A DNA stretch of 64,000 nucleotides. Source: an uncultured Verrucomicrobiota bacterium (lineage in GTDB: Bacteria > Verrucomicrobiota > Kiritimatiellia > RZYC01). Positions 1-9,563 of the stretch are shown in pieces. The notes beneath the pieces are model-generated. The model worked only from the letters and a program-made list of their open reading frames with translations. It had not been told where the DNA came from and did no database searches. The number at the start of each line of letters is the position of its first letter. Positions within the stretch are counted from its first letter, which is position 1. The stretch spans positions 28,952-92,951 of the forward strand of contig CAZISY010000002.1 in NCBI GenBank assembly GCA_964542025.1, written 5' to 3'. The position numbers and the translations under genes were made by a program.

Positions 1-1
1 T

Positions 2-601
2 CATCGCCTGACTCAGCGCATGCTCGGCCAAGCCCTTTTTCCGCTGGGTGAATGGACGAAAGAACAGGTGCGCGAATGGGCCTCCAGCCGGGCGCTGCAC
101 TTTGAAGCCTCGGCGGAAAGCCAGGATCTTTGTTTTGTGGAGTCCGGGCGATATGTCCCGTTTGTGGAAAAGTACATAGCCACGCGTCCCGGGCCGGGAA
201 TCATCGTGGATGAAGACGGGCGGGAGCTTGGCCGTCATACCGGTTATTATCACTACACCGTGGGGCAGCGCAAAGGGCTTGGGCTCTCCGCCGGGAAACC
301 CTATTACGTGAAGGAAGTACACGCCGAAACCAATGAAGTGGTTGTTGGATTCCACGCCGCACTGCTCTCTCCGGAATGCCGGTTGGCCAGTGTTTCGTGG
401 ATAGAGGGCGCACCGCGGCGCGGCCGCTTTCAGGTGCAAATCCGCTACCGTCACCATCCCGTGAAAGCCCGGGTGGAACCTCTCCCCGGTGACGCCGCGC
501 TCATTCAATTTGATGAACCCCAGTTCGCCATAGCGCCCGGCCAGGCCGGTGTGATCTATGACGGCGATGAAGTCCTCGGTGGCGGATGGATAACATCCTG
601 A
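2..601 (+). CDS. mnmA: tRNA 2-thiouridine(34) synthase MnmA, C-terminal part (5' end outside window)
   Basis: Frame is open from the window edge. The translation (LFPLGEWTKEQVREWA, CFVESG, GQRKGLG, the C-terminal beta-barrel region) aligns colinearly with the last ~200 aa of E. coli MnmA. Confidence 0.8.
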   Translation, partial: HRLTQRMLGQALFPLGEWTKEQVREWASSRALHFEASAESQDLCFVESGRYVPFVEKYIATRPGPGIIVDEDGRELGRHTGYYHYTVGQRKGLGLSAGKPYYVKEVHAETNEVVVGFHAALLSPECRLASVSWIEGAPRRGRFQVQIRYRHHPVKARVEPLPGDAALIQFDEPQFAIAPGQAGVIYDGDEVLGGGWITS

Positions 602-3177
602 TGGCCAACTCAACCAACAGCGCTGAATCAGAAAGATCGATGAAACTTCCAATATACCAGGTGGAACAGGATTTGCTGAACGCCCTGAAGACGCATAACC
701 GCTTTATTGTGGAAGCGCCGACCGGTTCGGGAAAATCCACGCAGGTTCCGCAGATGATCGCCTCCGCCATGACCGGCGAAAAGCCCGGACAGATTGTGGT
801 GCTTCAACCGCGCCGAATTGCTGCGCGAATGCTGGCGCGGCGCGTGGCCGAGGAACGGCGCAGCACGCTGGGGGAGGAAGTCGGCTATCAGGTGCGCTTT
901 GAGCGGTGCGCCGGCCGCGACACCCGCATTCGTTACGTCACCGAGGGGGTGCTTCTGCGCGAGTTGGTGGCCGATCCGCAACTGCAATCGGTGCATACGA
1001 TTCTTTTTGACGAGTTTCACGAGCGTCATCTTTTTGGCGATGTCACGCTGGCACTGGCCCGCCTTCTCCAGCAGACTCGACCCGATCTGAAAATTGGTGT
1101 GATGTCGGCTACGCTGGAACACAGTTTGCCGGCTGATTATTTGGCCCCGTGTGCGCTTGTCACTTCGGAAGGGCGTATGTTTCCGGTGGAGGTGCAGTAC
1201 CTGCCTCATCCACTGGACGAAAAAAAGAAATCGATCTGGGAACAGGCTGCGGATACAACAGCCGCCCACCTGCGGCTTCACCCGGAGGACGATGGCGGCG
1301 TGTTGATTTTTATGCCGGGCGTTTATGAAATCAACCGGACCCTCCAGGCGCTGCGGGGGCGTCCGGAAACCAAAGGGATGGACTTGGCCGCATTGCATGG
1401 CGAATTGCCGGCCCGGCAGCAGGATCAGGCGGTCACATCCGAAGGTAAGCGTAAAATTGTCGTGGCTACCAATGTCGCGGAAACGTCAATCACCATCGAA
1501 GGAATCACCACCGTTGTCGACAGCGGTTTGGTGCGCATGGCGGCCTACGATGCACGGCGCGGGATGGATTCGCTGCTTATTGAAAAAATAAGCAAAGCCT
1601 CCGCAGATCAGCGCGCGGGACGTGCCGGACGCACACGGCCGGGAAGGTGTTACCGTCTTTGGACTCAGCGCGAACACGAGGGGCGTCCCCAACAGCACCT
1701 CTCTGAAATCAGGCGGCATGATCTGTCCGAAATTATTCTTTCGCTGAAGGCCTGGGGCGTCAGCGACCTCTCGGCCTTCCCGTGGGTCGAGCCGCCTGAG
1801 GAAATCTCACTGAAGCGCGCCGAAGAATTTCTTTGTGACCTGGGCGCGCTGAATGGGCAGGGGCACATTACCGATGACGGCCGCCGCATGCTGGCCTTTC
1901 CCGTGCATCCGCGATATGCGCGTATGCTGATCGAAGCATCTCGGCAGGGATGCGTCTGCGAAATCGCACTCATTGCCGCCATCCTCCAGGGGCGGGAAAT
2001 TATTCTGCGCAATTCCAGCAGCGATCAGGATGAACGCCGGGAGGATCAGTGGGGCGCAGAACAAACGTCTGATCTGCTTTGGGCGTTGAAAGCCTGGGAA
2101 CACGCCCGCGAAAAGGATTTCGATCCGGAGGTCTGCCGACGTCTGGGCGTTCATGCGGGCGCGGCCCAAACCGCCGGCTCGGTTTACCGCCAATTCATGG
2201 GCGCGGCCCGCCAGTTGAACCTCTCCATCAACACGCAGCCCGCCCCGGAAGACGCCGTGCGAAAATGTCTGATGACGGGGCTGATGGACCGCCTGGCCCG
2301 CCGCCTGGACCAGGGTTCGCTACGCTGTGGCATTGTACATGGGCGACGCGGCGAACTGGCGCGTTCCAGCGTCGTGCGCGACAGCGAATGGCTGGTCTCC
2401 GCAGATCTCGCGGAAATCGAACGGGGACGCCACGAAGTCACCGTCGTACTCAGTCAGAATACAGCCGTTGAAGAACGTTGGCTGCATGAACTTTTCCCCG
2501 ATGATTTTGCGCAGGAAGAATCCGCCGTATGGGATGCGCAGGCCAAACGGGTTCGCCGCCGCCGCATCGAACGCTTTCGCGATTTGGTTTTTCGCGAACG
2601 ATTGGATGATCTGGCCAATCCCGATCAGGCCGGAATGATTCTGGCAGAACAAATTCAACAGGGGAACATCACGCTGAGCCGATGGAACGAAGATGTGGAT
2701 CAGTGGATACTCCGCGTCAACGCGCTCGCGGCCTGGCGGCCCGACTGGCAAATTCCCCGTATAGACGATTCCGCCCGACGCACCATTCTGGAGTCCTTTT
2801 GTCACGGCGCTTTTTCCGTGCGCGAACTCAAGGACAAACCCGTACTGCCCGCGGTGAAGTCCTGGTTGAGCGGCGCACAACAGGCGCTCGTGGAACGGTG
2901 CGCCCCCGTTCGGATCGATCTGCCCTCCGGGAAAAAAGCGCGCATCACATACGCTGAAAACAATAAACCCACCGTATCGGCCACCATTCAGGAATTGTAC
3001 GGGCTTGAAAAATCACCGTGCATCGCCGAAGGCCGAATACCGCTCCGCTTTGAAATCCTCGCGCCGAACCGGCGTCCCGTACAGATTACCGAGGATCTCG
3101 CCTCCTTCTGGAAAAATCAGTACCCGGCCATCCGGCAGGAATTAAAACGCAAATACTTTAAACACGAGTGGCGGTAA
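586..3177 (+). CDS. hrpB: ATP-dependent RNA helicase HrpB (DEAH-box); alternative starts at 601 and 640
   Basis: 863-aa ORF with a Walker A motif (APTGSGKST), DEFHER, the SAT motif and a QRAGRAGR helicase C-terminus. Length and C-terminal HrpB-specific region fit; the start codon is ambiguous. Confidence 0.85.
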   Translation: MDNILMANSTNSAESERSMKLPIYQVEQDLLNALKTHNRFIVEAPTGSGKSTQVPQMIASAMTGEKPGQIVVLQPRRIAARMLARRVAEERRSTLGEEVGYQVRFERCAGRDTRIRYVTEGVLLRELVADPQLQSVHTILFDEFHERHLFGDVTLALARLLQQTRPDLKIGVMSATLEHSLPADYLAPCALVTSEGRMFPVEVQYLPHPLDEKKKSIWEQAADTTAAHLRLHPEDDGGVLIFMPGVYEINRTLQALRGRPETKGMDLAALHGELPARQQDQAVTSEGKRKIVVATNVAETSITIEGITTVVDSGLVRMAAYDARRGMDSLLIEKISKASADQRAGRAGRTRPGRCYRLWTQREHEGRPQQHLSEIRRHDLSEIILSLKAWGVSDLSAFPWVEPPEEISLKRAEEFLCDLGALNGQGHITDDGRRMLAFPVHPRYARMLIEASRQGCVCEIALIAAILQGREIILRNSSSDQDERREDQWGAEQTSDLLWALKAWEHAREKDFDPEVCRRLGVHAGAAQTAGSVYRQFMGAARQLNLSINTQPAPEDAVRKCLMTGLMDRLARRLDQGSLRCGIVHGRRGELARSSVVRDSEWLVSADLAEIERGRHEVTVVLSQNTAVEERWLHELFPDDFAQEESAVWDAQAKRVRRRRIERFRDLVFRERLDDLANPDQAGMILAEQIQQGNITLSRWNEDVDQWILRVNALAAWRPDWQIPRIDDSARRTILESFCHGAFSVRELKDKPVLPAVKSWLSGAQQALVERCAPVRIDLPSGKKARITYAENNKPTVSATIQELYGLEKSPCIAEGRIPLRFEILAPNRRPVQITEDLASFWKNQYPAIRQELKRKYFKHEWR

Positions 3178-3204
3178 GCCGCGCCCGCGATTTGGCGAAA
3201 AATA

Positions 3205-3288
3205 CTTTTCCAATCGTTGGAAACTTTTGAGAAGGTTTTTCCAATCATTGGAAGTTTTTGGGTTTCTTTTTCCAATCGTTGGAAAACG
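3205..3288. promoter_or_regulatory. Array of three direct copies (about 30-bp phase) of the palindrome TTTTCCAAT(C/A)(G/A)TTGGAAA; candidate operator upstream of the flavodiiron-rubredoxin operon
   Basis: Copies at about 3207-3224, 3237-3254 and 3267-3285. Each is an inverted repeat TTCCAA-N3-TTGGAA embedded in T/A tracts. The array lies in the hrpB-fdp intergenic region. Confidence 0.5.
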
Positions 3289-3381
3289 GGGTGGGGCGGG
3301 GCGGCGGGCAATTCAGAAGACGGTTTGAGTTGAAACCGCGGGGGATATTCACTAGTTTCCGGGAAAATCAGGAGTGCAGGT

Positions 3382-4581
3382 ATGAACGTGAATCCGAATC
3401 AAGTGGTTGAGCAGGTGGATTGGGTGGGGTATGTGGATTGGAGCATACGGGATTTTCACGGGTATGAAACGACACGCGGATCCAGTTATAACGCGTACCT
3501 GATTCGGGATGAGAAAAAGGTATTGATCGATACGGTCAAGGCGCCGTACAGCAAGACGCTGCTGCGGAATCTGCGGCAGCTCGTGGAGCCGGAGCGGCTG
3601 GATTATGTGGTGTGCAATCATGCGGAGCCGGATCACTCCGGCGCACTGCCCGCTGTGATGGCGGCCTGCCCGAACGCGGTACTCATTTGCGATGCCAAGT
3701 GCCGCGAGACCCTTGCGCGCTATTATGATACGTCGAGCTGGAAAATCCAGTTGGTGAAAAGCGGGGACAGCCTGTCCATCGGACGGTACACCCTTCAGTT
3801 TCTGGAGACGCCAATGGCGCATTGGCCGGAATCCATGGCCACGTATCTGCCGGAAAAGAAGCTGCTCTTTTCCATGGACGCGTTTGGTCAGCATTATGCC
3901 GCCAGCGAGCGGTTTGATGATCAGGTTCCGCTCGCCGAAGCGCTGTATGAAGCCAAGGTGTATTACGCCAATATTCTGATGTGCTACGAGCGTCCGGTGA
4001 ATAATGCGCTCAGCGCGGTACACAGCATTAAGCCGGAGATTTTGGCGCCGAGTCACGGCATTATCTGGCGGTCGCATGTGAGTGAAATTCTGGCGGCCTA
4101 TGCGGAGTGGTCGGTTTGCAAGGCGCGCCCCAAAGTGGTGATTATGTACGATACGATGTGGCAGAGTACGGCGGAGATGGCGCGGTGCATGTATGACGCG
4201 GTGGTGGAAGACGGCGTGGATTGCAAGTTGATTTACATGCGGGCTACGCACATCACGGATGTCGTGACGGAATGCCTGGATGCCGCTGCCATCGCGGTCG
4301 GTTCGGCCACGCTCAATCAGACGCTGATGCCCCAGGCGGCCGCGACGCTGACCTATTTAATGGGATTGAAACCGACCGGCAAATGCGGGTTCGCATTCGG
4401 ATCCTATGGGTGGGGCAAGGGCGGGGCGGAGGCCGTGCAGGACTATTTGGAAAAAATGAAGTTCAGAATTTTGCGTGAACCGTTGAAATGTCAGTATGCG
4501 CCGGATGAGCAGGTGCTGAAGGCATGCCGAGATGCCGGAAAGCAGCTTGCACAGGCGGCCCTGCAGGCAGTGAGTCAGTAA
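3382..4581 (+). CDS. Flavodiiron protein (rubredoxin:oxygen/nitric oxide oxidoreductase, FprA/ROO family)
   Basis: 399 aa with an N-terminal metallo-beta-lactamase-like di-iron domain (HAEPDHSG motif) followed by a C-terminal flavodoxin-like domain. AGGAG Shine-Dalgarno 8 nt upstream. Confidence 0.85.
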   Translation: MNVNPNQVVEQVDWVGYVDWSIRDFHGYETTRGSSYNAYLIRDEKKVLIDTVKAPYSKTLLRNLRQLVEPERLDYVVCNHAEPDHSGALPAVMAACPNAVLICDAKCRETLARYYDTSSWKIQLVKSGDSLSIGRYTLQFLETPMAHWPESMATYLPEKKLLFSMDAFGQHYAASERFDDQVPLAEALYEAKVYYANILMCYERPVNNALSAVHSIKPEILAPSHGIIWRSHVSEILAAYAEWSVCKARPKVVIMYDTMWQSTAEMARCMYDAVVEDGVDCKLIYMRATHITDVVTECLDAAAIAVGSATLNQTLMPQAAATLTYLMGLKPTGKCGFAFGSYGWGKGGAEAVQDYLEKMKFRILREPLKCQYAPDEQVLKACRDAGKQLAQAALQAVSQ

Positions 4582-4607
4582 GTCAAACAGAGAAAGGAAT
4601 GCCGACG

Positions 4608-4766
4608 ATGAAAAAGTATGTGTGCAACATATGCGGATATGTGTATGACCCGGCAGCCGGCGATCCGGATAACGGGATAGCTCCGGGAACCCCGTTTGAA
4701 AAATTGCCTGATGACTGGACCTGTCCGGAGTGCGGAGTGGGGAAGGAAGAATTCACCGCGGAATGA
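4608..4766 (+). CDS. Rubredoxin
   Basis: [15 protein letters not shown]...WTCPECG: two CxxC knuckles and the classic 52-aa rubredoxin. GGA Shine-Dalgarno upstream. The ORF track's longer 80-aa version has an implausible N-terminal extension. Confidence 0.85.
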   Translation: MKKYVCNICGYVYDPAAGDPDNGIAPGTPFEKLPDDWTCPECGVGKEEFTAE

Positions 4767-4802
4767 GCGTCCATTTTCAGGGATCAACGGAAACGGTCGG
4801 GC

Positions 4803-6470
4803 ATGGTGAATGCCCGTACCGTTTTTTTATCAGCCATGAATGAGAAAATTACCCAACGAACGGTTTTGAAGGGACTCGGCCTGAGCCGCGGAAGCGTCGT
4901 GGCCCGCGTGTGCCTGTTTAATGAGAATCGTCACAGCAATCTGCCGATCTATCGGGTGAAGGGGGAAGGGGTCGAGCGGGAAATCCAGCGTCTGGACCGG
5001 GCTGTGGCCGTGGTGGCGGATCGTTTGGAGGAAATACACTCACGGGTTTCCGGGCAGATCGGCGCGGCGGAAGCGGAAATCTTCACGGCGCAGAAAATGA
5101 TTTTGAACGATGAGAATGTGCTGCAGGAAATTCGCGGGCTGATCACGGATGAACAGCGAAATGCGGAAAGCGCGGTCATCGGGGTGCTGGACCGCTACGA
5201 AATGCGCCTGCTTGAAATTGACAACGAATACATCAAGGAACGCGCATCGGACATTGGTGAAATACGGCGGCGCATCCTGGATGTGCTGGGCAACATGCAG
5301 CCCTCGCTGCAATGCGCCGATGAAAAGCACTGTCAGCGCGGAAGAGACAGAATCATTGTGGCCACGGAACTGACGCCGTCCCTCACGATTGATATCAATA
5401 CCTTTGAAACCCGGGGGTTCATCACGGAGCGGGGCGGACTCAATGCGCATGCCGCGATTCTGGCCCGGGCGCTGGGGATTCCGGCGGTCAGCGGTATCGA
5501 GGCGATTCACAGCCGAATTACCTGCGGAACCGAAGTGCTGCTCGACGGCGATGCCGGCGAAATCATTGTATGGCCGGATGAGCAGGATAAACAACGCGCG
5601 CAGCAGGTCCCGGAGGCGAGAGTCCGGAACGGGCGCATACCGGGATTTGCCGTCGGCGCCAATATCAACACGTATGCGGATGCGGAGGATGCCCTGAATG
5701 CCGATGCGGAAGGGATCGGGCTGTACCGCACGGAGTTTGAATGTATTTCGGCCGGGCGGCTTTTAAGTGAGGACGAGCAGACCGAACGCTATTCGCAGGT
5801 GGTGCGCAGGATGGATGGGCGGCCCGTCACGTTTCGCATGCTGGACATCGGAGGGGACAAACCCTTTTCATTTTTAAGCCTGCCCAACGAGGATAATCCG
5901 GCATTGGGCTGGCGCGGAACACGCCTGCTGCTGGGGCATGAAGCGCTTTTCAAAACACAGGCCAGGGCCATTGCACGGGCGGCGGCGTTGGGTCCCGTCC
6001 GGGTGATGTATCCGATGATCGTGGATTTGGCGCAATTCCGAAAAGTGCGCACGATGTTTTCTGAGGCCACGGCCGATCTGGGGAGCGAGCGTATTCTTCA
6101 GGGCGTGATGTTTGAAGTGCCCGCAGCGTGTCTGGGCGCATCGGAACTCTTTCGGGAAGCGGATTTCGCCAGCGTGGGCAGTAATGATTTAATCCAGTAC
6201 CTGTTCGCGGTGGACCGAAACAACGAAAAAGTGGCCGGTGAGTATCAGCCCGGGCATCCGATTCTCTGGAGTGTTCTTCAAAACCTGGTGCATGCTGCGC
6301 GGGAAGCCGGTAAATCCATCACGCTGTGCGGGGAAATGGCCGGTGATCCGGAATATGCCCTGCGGTTGCGCGAAATCGGCTTCACCTCGGTAAGTGTGAG
6401 TTCCAGGCTGATTCCCGCGGTGCGGAATGCCATCCATCAAACTCTTGAGCAGGAGGAGGTGCGACCATGA
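4803..6470 (+). CDS. ptsI: Phosphoenolpyruvate-protein phosphotransferase (PTS Enzyme I); start may be at 4836
   Basis: PEP-utilising enzyme signatures: GGLNAHAAILARALGIPAVSG (phosphohistidine region) and a C-terminal SNDLIQYLFAVDRNN. Length 545-555 aa. Confidence 0.8.
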   Translation: MVNARTVFLSAMNEKITQRTVLKGLGLSRGSVVARVCLFNENRHSNLPIYRVKGEGVEREIQRLDRAVAVVADRLEEIHSRVSGQIGAAEAEIFTAQKMILNDENVLQEIRGLITDEQRNAESAVIGVLDRYEMRLLEIDNEYIKERASDIGEIRRRILDVLGNMQPSLQCADEKHCQRGRDRIIVATELTPSLTIDINTFETRGFITERGGLNAHAAILARALGIPAVSGIEAIHSRITCGTEVLLDGDAGEIIVWPDEQDKQRAQQVPEARVRNGRIPGFAVGANINTYADAEDALNADAEGIGLYRTEFECISAGRLLSEDEQTERYSQVVRRMDGRPVTFRMLDIGGDKPFSFLSLPNEDNPALGWRGTRLLLGHEALFKTQARAIARAAALGPVRVMYPMIVDLAQFRKVRTMFSEATADLGSERILQGVMFEVPAACLGASELFREADFASVGSNDLIQYLFAVDRNNEKVAGEYQPGHPILWSVLQNLVHAAREAGKSITLCGEMAGDPEYALRLREIGFTSVSVSSRLIPAVRNAIHQTLEQEEVRP

Positions 6471-7609
6471 AATTCGGAATTATAGGCGCCGGGCATGCCG
6501 GAGTGAAAGCGGCAGAAACCCTGCATGCGGCGGGTCATGAGGCTGTGCTGTACTCCAATGAAAACGCGGTGCCGTACTACCGGCCCAAAATCATCGCCTA
6601 CGCCTTTCGGCAGGCCGATGCGGACGAATTGCTGATTCATCCACAGGCGTGGTATTCAGAACACCGGATTGATTTGCGGCTGGATGAGCCCGTGCTTGCT
6701 CTGGATCCGCAGAAGCGCAGCATTAAAACAGCCCGGGGCGAAGAGTCTTTCGATGCCGTGCTGTTGACTTCGGGTGCAGGTCCCTTCGTTCCTCCCATCA
6801 CGCAGGGCGCGACAGACCGCGTGCTGCCGTTATGGACGCTGCATGATGCGGCGCGTATTGCGGAACGGACGGGCGATGGTATGCGGCTGGCGATTATCGG
6901 CGGGGGCATTCTCGGCATCGAAGCCGCGTTGCGTGCTTTGGCCATTGGCGTACGAGTGACCGTGATTGAACGGCTTCCCCGCCTGCTGCCGTTGCAGTTT
7001 GGCGAGGCGGCTTCCAAAAAACTGCACGACATCCTTACGGCGTACGGGGTTGAAGTGATCACGGCGGGCGCGGTCTCGTCCGTTTGCCAGAATCAACAGA
7101 CGCTGACGATGGAGCTGGAAGGACGTAATCCGCTGACGATGGATTTAGTGGTGATTTCGGTGGGATCGCGCCGGAATATGGCGTTGGCACAGCAGGCCGG
7201 ACTGCGCATTGACCGGGGCATCCTGGTGGATGAGCAGCTTTCCACATCCGCTCCGGGGATCTACGCGGCGGGGGACATTGTTCAAATTCCGGGACTCAAC
7301 CGGTGTTCGGCGCTGGATGCCACCATACAGGGACGCCTCGCTGCTGCCAATGCGATGGCAGCCCTGACAAACGGCGCCCAGGCCGTCTATAAACTCTCCG
7401 ATGCAGCCGTAAATTACAAATTCAACGAGTTTGAACTGCATTCCGTGGGACGCGTCGCCGGGGAAGGCGATCACGAACAGCTCGTGGATGCCGATGAAAA
7501 AGCCTGCCGCATAAAAGTGACGGATCGTGACGGGAAGCTGGTCGGGGTTCAGATGATCGGGACCGGTCAGGACTTCAAGAAGTGGTCCACGGAAGTGGCG
7601 GGCGAATAA
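6467..7609 (+). CDS. NAD(P)H:rubredoxin oxidoreductase-like flavoprotein (NorW/NROR family pyridine nucleotide-disulfide oxidoreductase)
   Basis: 380 aa. N-terminal GxGxxG FAD fold (IIGAGHAG), a second dinucleotide fold (IIGGGILGIE) and an AAGDI FAD motif. Size matches NorW/NROR rather than Nox. Its ATG overlaps the ptsI stop (ATGA). Confidence 0.65.
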   Translation: MKFGIIGAGHAGVKAAETLHAAGHEAVLYSNENAVPYYRPKIIAYAFRQADADELLIHPQAWYSEHRIDLRLDEPVLALDPQKRSIKTARGEESFDAVLLTSGAGPFVPPITQGATDRVLPLWTLHDAARIAERTGDGMRLAIIGGGILGIEAALRALAIGVRVTVIERLPRLLPLQFGEAASKKLHDILTAYGVEVITAGAVSSVCQNQQTLTMELEGRNPLTMDLVVISVGSRRNMALAQQAGLRIDRGILVDEQLSTSAPGIYAAGDIVQIPGLNRCSALDATIQGRLAAANAMAALTNGAQAVYKLSDAAVNYKFNEFELHSVGRVAGEGDHEQLVDADEKACRIKVTDRDGKLVGVQMIGTGQDFKKWSTEVAGE

Positions 7610-7678
7610 CCCCATGAACCCATGGTCTTCGATATTCACTGGGGACTCGGGTTACGTCCGACGGGCAATAGGTGTCTG

Positions 7679-9556
7679 ATGCGTGTGTTGCTGGTAACTC
7701 CCCCCATGGTGCAGTTCAACGCGCCCTATGCCGCGACGCCGCTGCTGACCGGATTTCTAAAATCCCGTGGCGTGGATGTGCGGCAAGCCGATCTCTCGCT
7801 GGAACTGGCGCTGACTATTTTTTCCCGAGCCGGGCTGGAGCGAATCGCCGGCGTTCTTGAGTCCAGTGGCGAAACCAGGCGGCTGCCCGCGGTGTATGGA
7901 TTTTTGCGAAACAAACAGCGCTATCTGGAAACCGTGGATGAGGTGATTTCCTTTTTGCAGCGGGGGGATTCGGCATCAGCGGAAAAAATCATGGATGACG
8001 GATGGCTGCCGCAGGGGCCCCGTTTTTGTGTGATTGGTGAGTTGCATGCGCATGGACGCTGGCCGTTCACGAAGGACGTTCAGGCACTCGCGCGGTACCG
8101 GGCGAGTCTGTACGTTGATGATCTGGCCGACGTTATCCGGGATGGCGTGGACAAGCGGTTCGGTTTGTCCAGATACGCGGAACAGCTCGGTCTCTCCGCC
8201 GCCTCCTTCACGCCGCTGCTTCGGCAGTTCACCAGGCAGCCCGGAACCCTGATTGATCAGTGGCTGGATGGGTTGGTGGATGACATGATGAAAACCCATC
8301 AGCCGGATCTGGTTGGCCTCACGATTCCATTTCCGGGCAATGTCTATTCGGCCTTTCGCATGGCCCGGCGCATCAAAAATCAGACGCCGGAAATCCGGAT
8401 TGCCGCCGGCGGAGGGTTTGTGAACACCGAATGGCGCGCCCTTTCGGATGTGCGCGTTTTCAACGTGCTGGATTACCTGCTGTATGATGACGGCGAAATT
8501 CCGCTCTGTCGTTTGCTGGACCATCTGGATGGAAAAATATCTGTCGATGGGCTGGTGCGCACCCGCATGCGCCGGGAGGGAAAGGTGGTCTGGATTGACA
8601 ACGCGGAGGAGCCGCCGCTGAAGCATCGGGACCGGGCCGCACCCTGCTATGAAGGGTTGGATTTGACGCGCTACTGTTCCATAACGGAAAGTACGAATCC
8701 GATGCACCGGCTGTGGACGGAACACGGCTGGATGAAGCTCATGCTGGCGCATGGCTGCTACTGGCATCGCTGCGCCTTCTGCGATACCACGCTGGGTTAC
8801 ATCGCCTGCTATGATCCGGCGCCTGCGGAACGAATCGCCGATTGGATTGAAACCGTTATCAAAGAAACCGGTCGGCGCACGTTTCATTTTGTGGATGAAG
8901 CGGCCCCTCCGGCACTCCTGCGCCGGTTGTCCGAGTGCCTGATTGCGCGCAAACTGGATTTGCAGTGGTGGACCAACATCCGATTTGAAAAGGCTTTTGA
9001 TGAAGACTTGTGCCGGTTGCTGGCGAAAGCGGGATGTGTGGCGGTGACCGGAGGCATGGAATGTGCCGAAGAACGCCTGATAACGCTTATGAATAAGGGA
9101 ATCCGGCTCAGGGATATGGTGCGAGCGGCTTATGCCTTCTCGCGGGCGGGGGTGTTGGTGCATGCTTATTTGATGTATGGATTCCCCACCCAAACCCCGC
9201 AGGAAGTGGTGGATGCGCTCGACTATGTACGCCAACTGTTTCAAAGCGGTTGCGTGCAATCGGCTTACTGGCATCGCTTCGCGCTCACGGTACACAGTCC
9301 GATTTATGCCGCCCCCAAATCGTTTCGCCTCACGCCGCAGCGCCCGGCGCATCGCGGATTTTCGGAAAACGGCATTCCGTATAGCGAGTGGAAACCCCGG
9401 CACGAAGAAGGAATCGGCGAAGCGCTTCATACCGCCGTGTATAATTACATGCACGGAGTCGCGCTGGACGAACCGGTGCAAGCCTGGTTTTCAGAGCCGA
9501 TGCCTGCGCCGCGTTTAGCACGGGATGCGGTGAAGCGCTGGGCGGCGGAACCCTGA
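7679..9556 (+). CDS. B12-binding domain radical SAM protein (ORF is open from 7622)
   Basis: N-terminal Rossmann-like cobalamin-binding region (RVLLVTPP...), a cysteine cluster CYWHRCAFC at 8756-8782 and a TIM-barrel-like core. Confidence 0.65.
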   Translation: MRVLLVTPPMVQFNAPYAATPLLTGFLKSRGVDVRQADLSLELALTIFSRAGLERIAGVLESSGETRRLPAVYGFLRNKQRYLETVDEVISFLQRGDSASAEKIMDDGWLPQGPRFCVIGELHAHGRWPFTKDVQALARYRASLYVDDLADVIRDGVDKRFGLSRYAEQLGLSAASFTPLLRQFTRQPGTLIDQWLDGLVDDMMKTHQPDLVGLTIPFPGNVYSAFRMARRIKNQTPEIRIAAGGGFVNTEWRALSDVRVFNVLDYLLYDDGEIPLCRLLDHLDGKISVDGLVRTRMRREGKVVWIDNAEEPPLKHRDRAAPCYEGLDLTRYCSITESTNPMHRLWTEHGWMKLMLAHGCYWHRCAFCDTTLGYIACYDPAPAERIADWIETVIKETGRRTFHFVDEAAPPALLRRLSECLIARKLDLQWWTNIRFEKAFDEDLCRLLAKAGCVAVTGGMECAEERLITLMNKGIRLRDMVRAAYAFSRAGVLVHAYLMYGFPTQTPQEVVDALDYVRQLFQSGCVQSAYWHRFALTVHSPIYAAPKSFRLTPQRPAHRGFSENGIPYSEWKPRHEEGIGEALHTAVYNYMHGVALDEPVQAWFSEPMPAPRLARDAVKRWAAEP

Positions 9557-9563
9557 CCGAATT

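Noticed and set aside
628-1398. 256-aa minus-strand ORF antisense to hrpB. Similar long antisense ORFs occur at 3352-4251, 7976-9481, 13455-14720, 16993-18096, 21264-22463, 46300-47376 and 61915-62775.
   Set aside because: All lie entirely inside well-supported sense-strand genes with recognisable domains. They have Arg/His/Gly-rich, low-complexity translations typical of antisense frames in high-GC DNA, and lack Shine-Dalgarno sequences.
4524-4607. 28-codon N-terminal extension on rubredoxin (the 80-aa ORF)
   Set aside because: It overlaps the 3' end of the flavodiiron gene. Rubredoxin homology and the GGA Shine-Dalgarno point to the ATG at 4608.
4803-6470. Alternative call of this gene as PEP synthase or pyruvate phosphate dikinase
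   Set aside because: The size (about 550 aa), the N-terminal EI-type helical domain and the C-terminal SNDLIQY...VDRNN motif fit PTS Enzyme I. PpsA and PPDK are 790-880 aa with an extra ATP-grasp domain.
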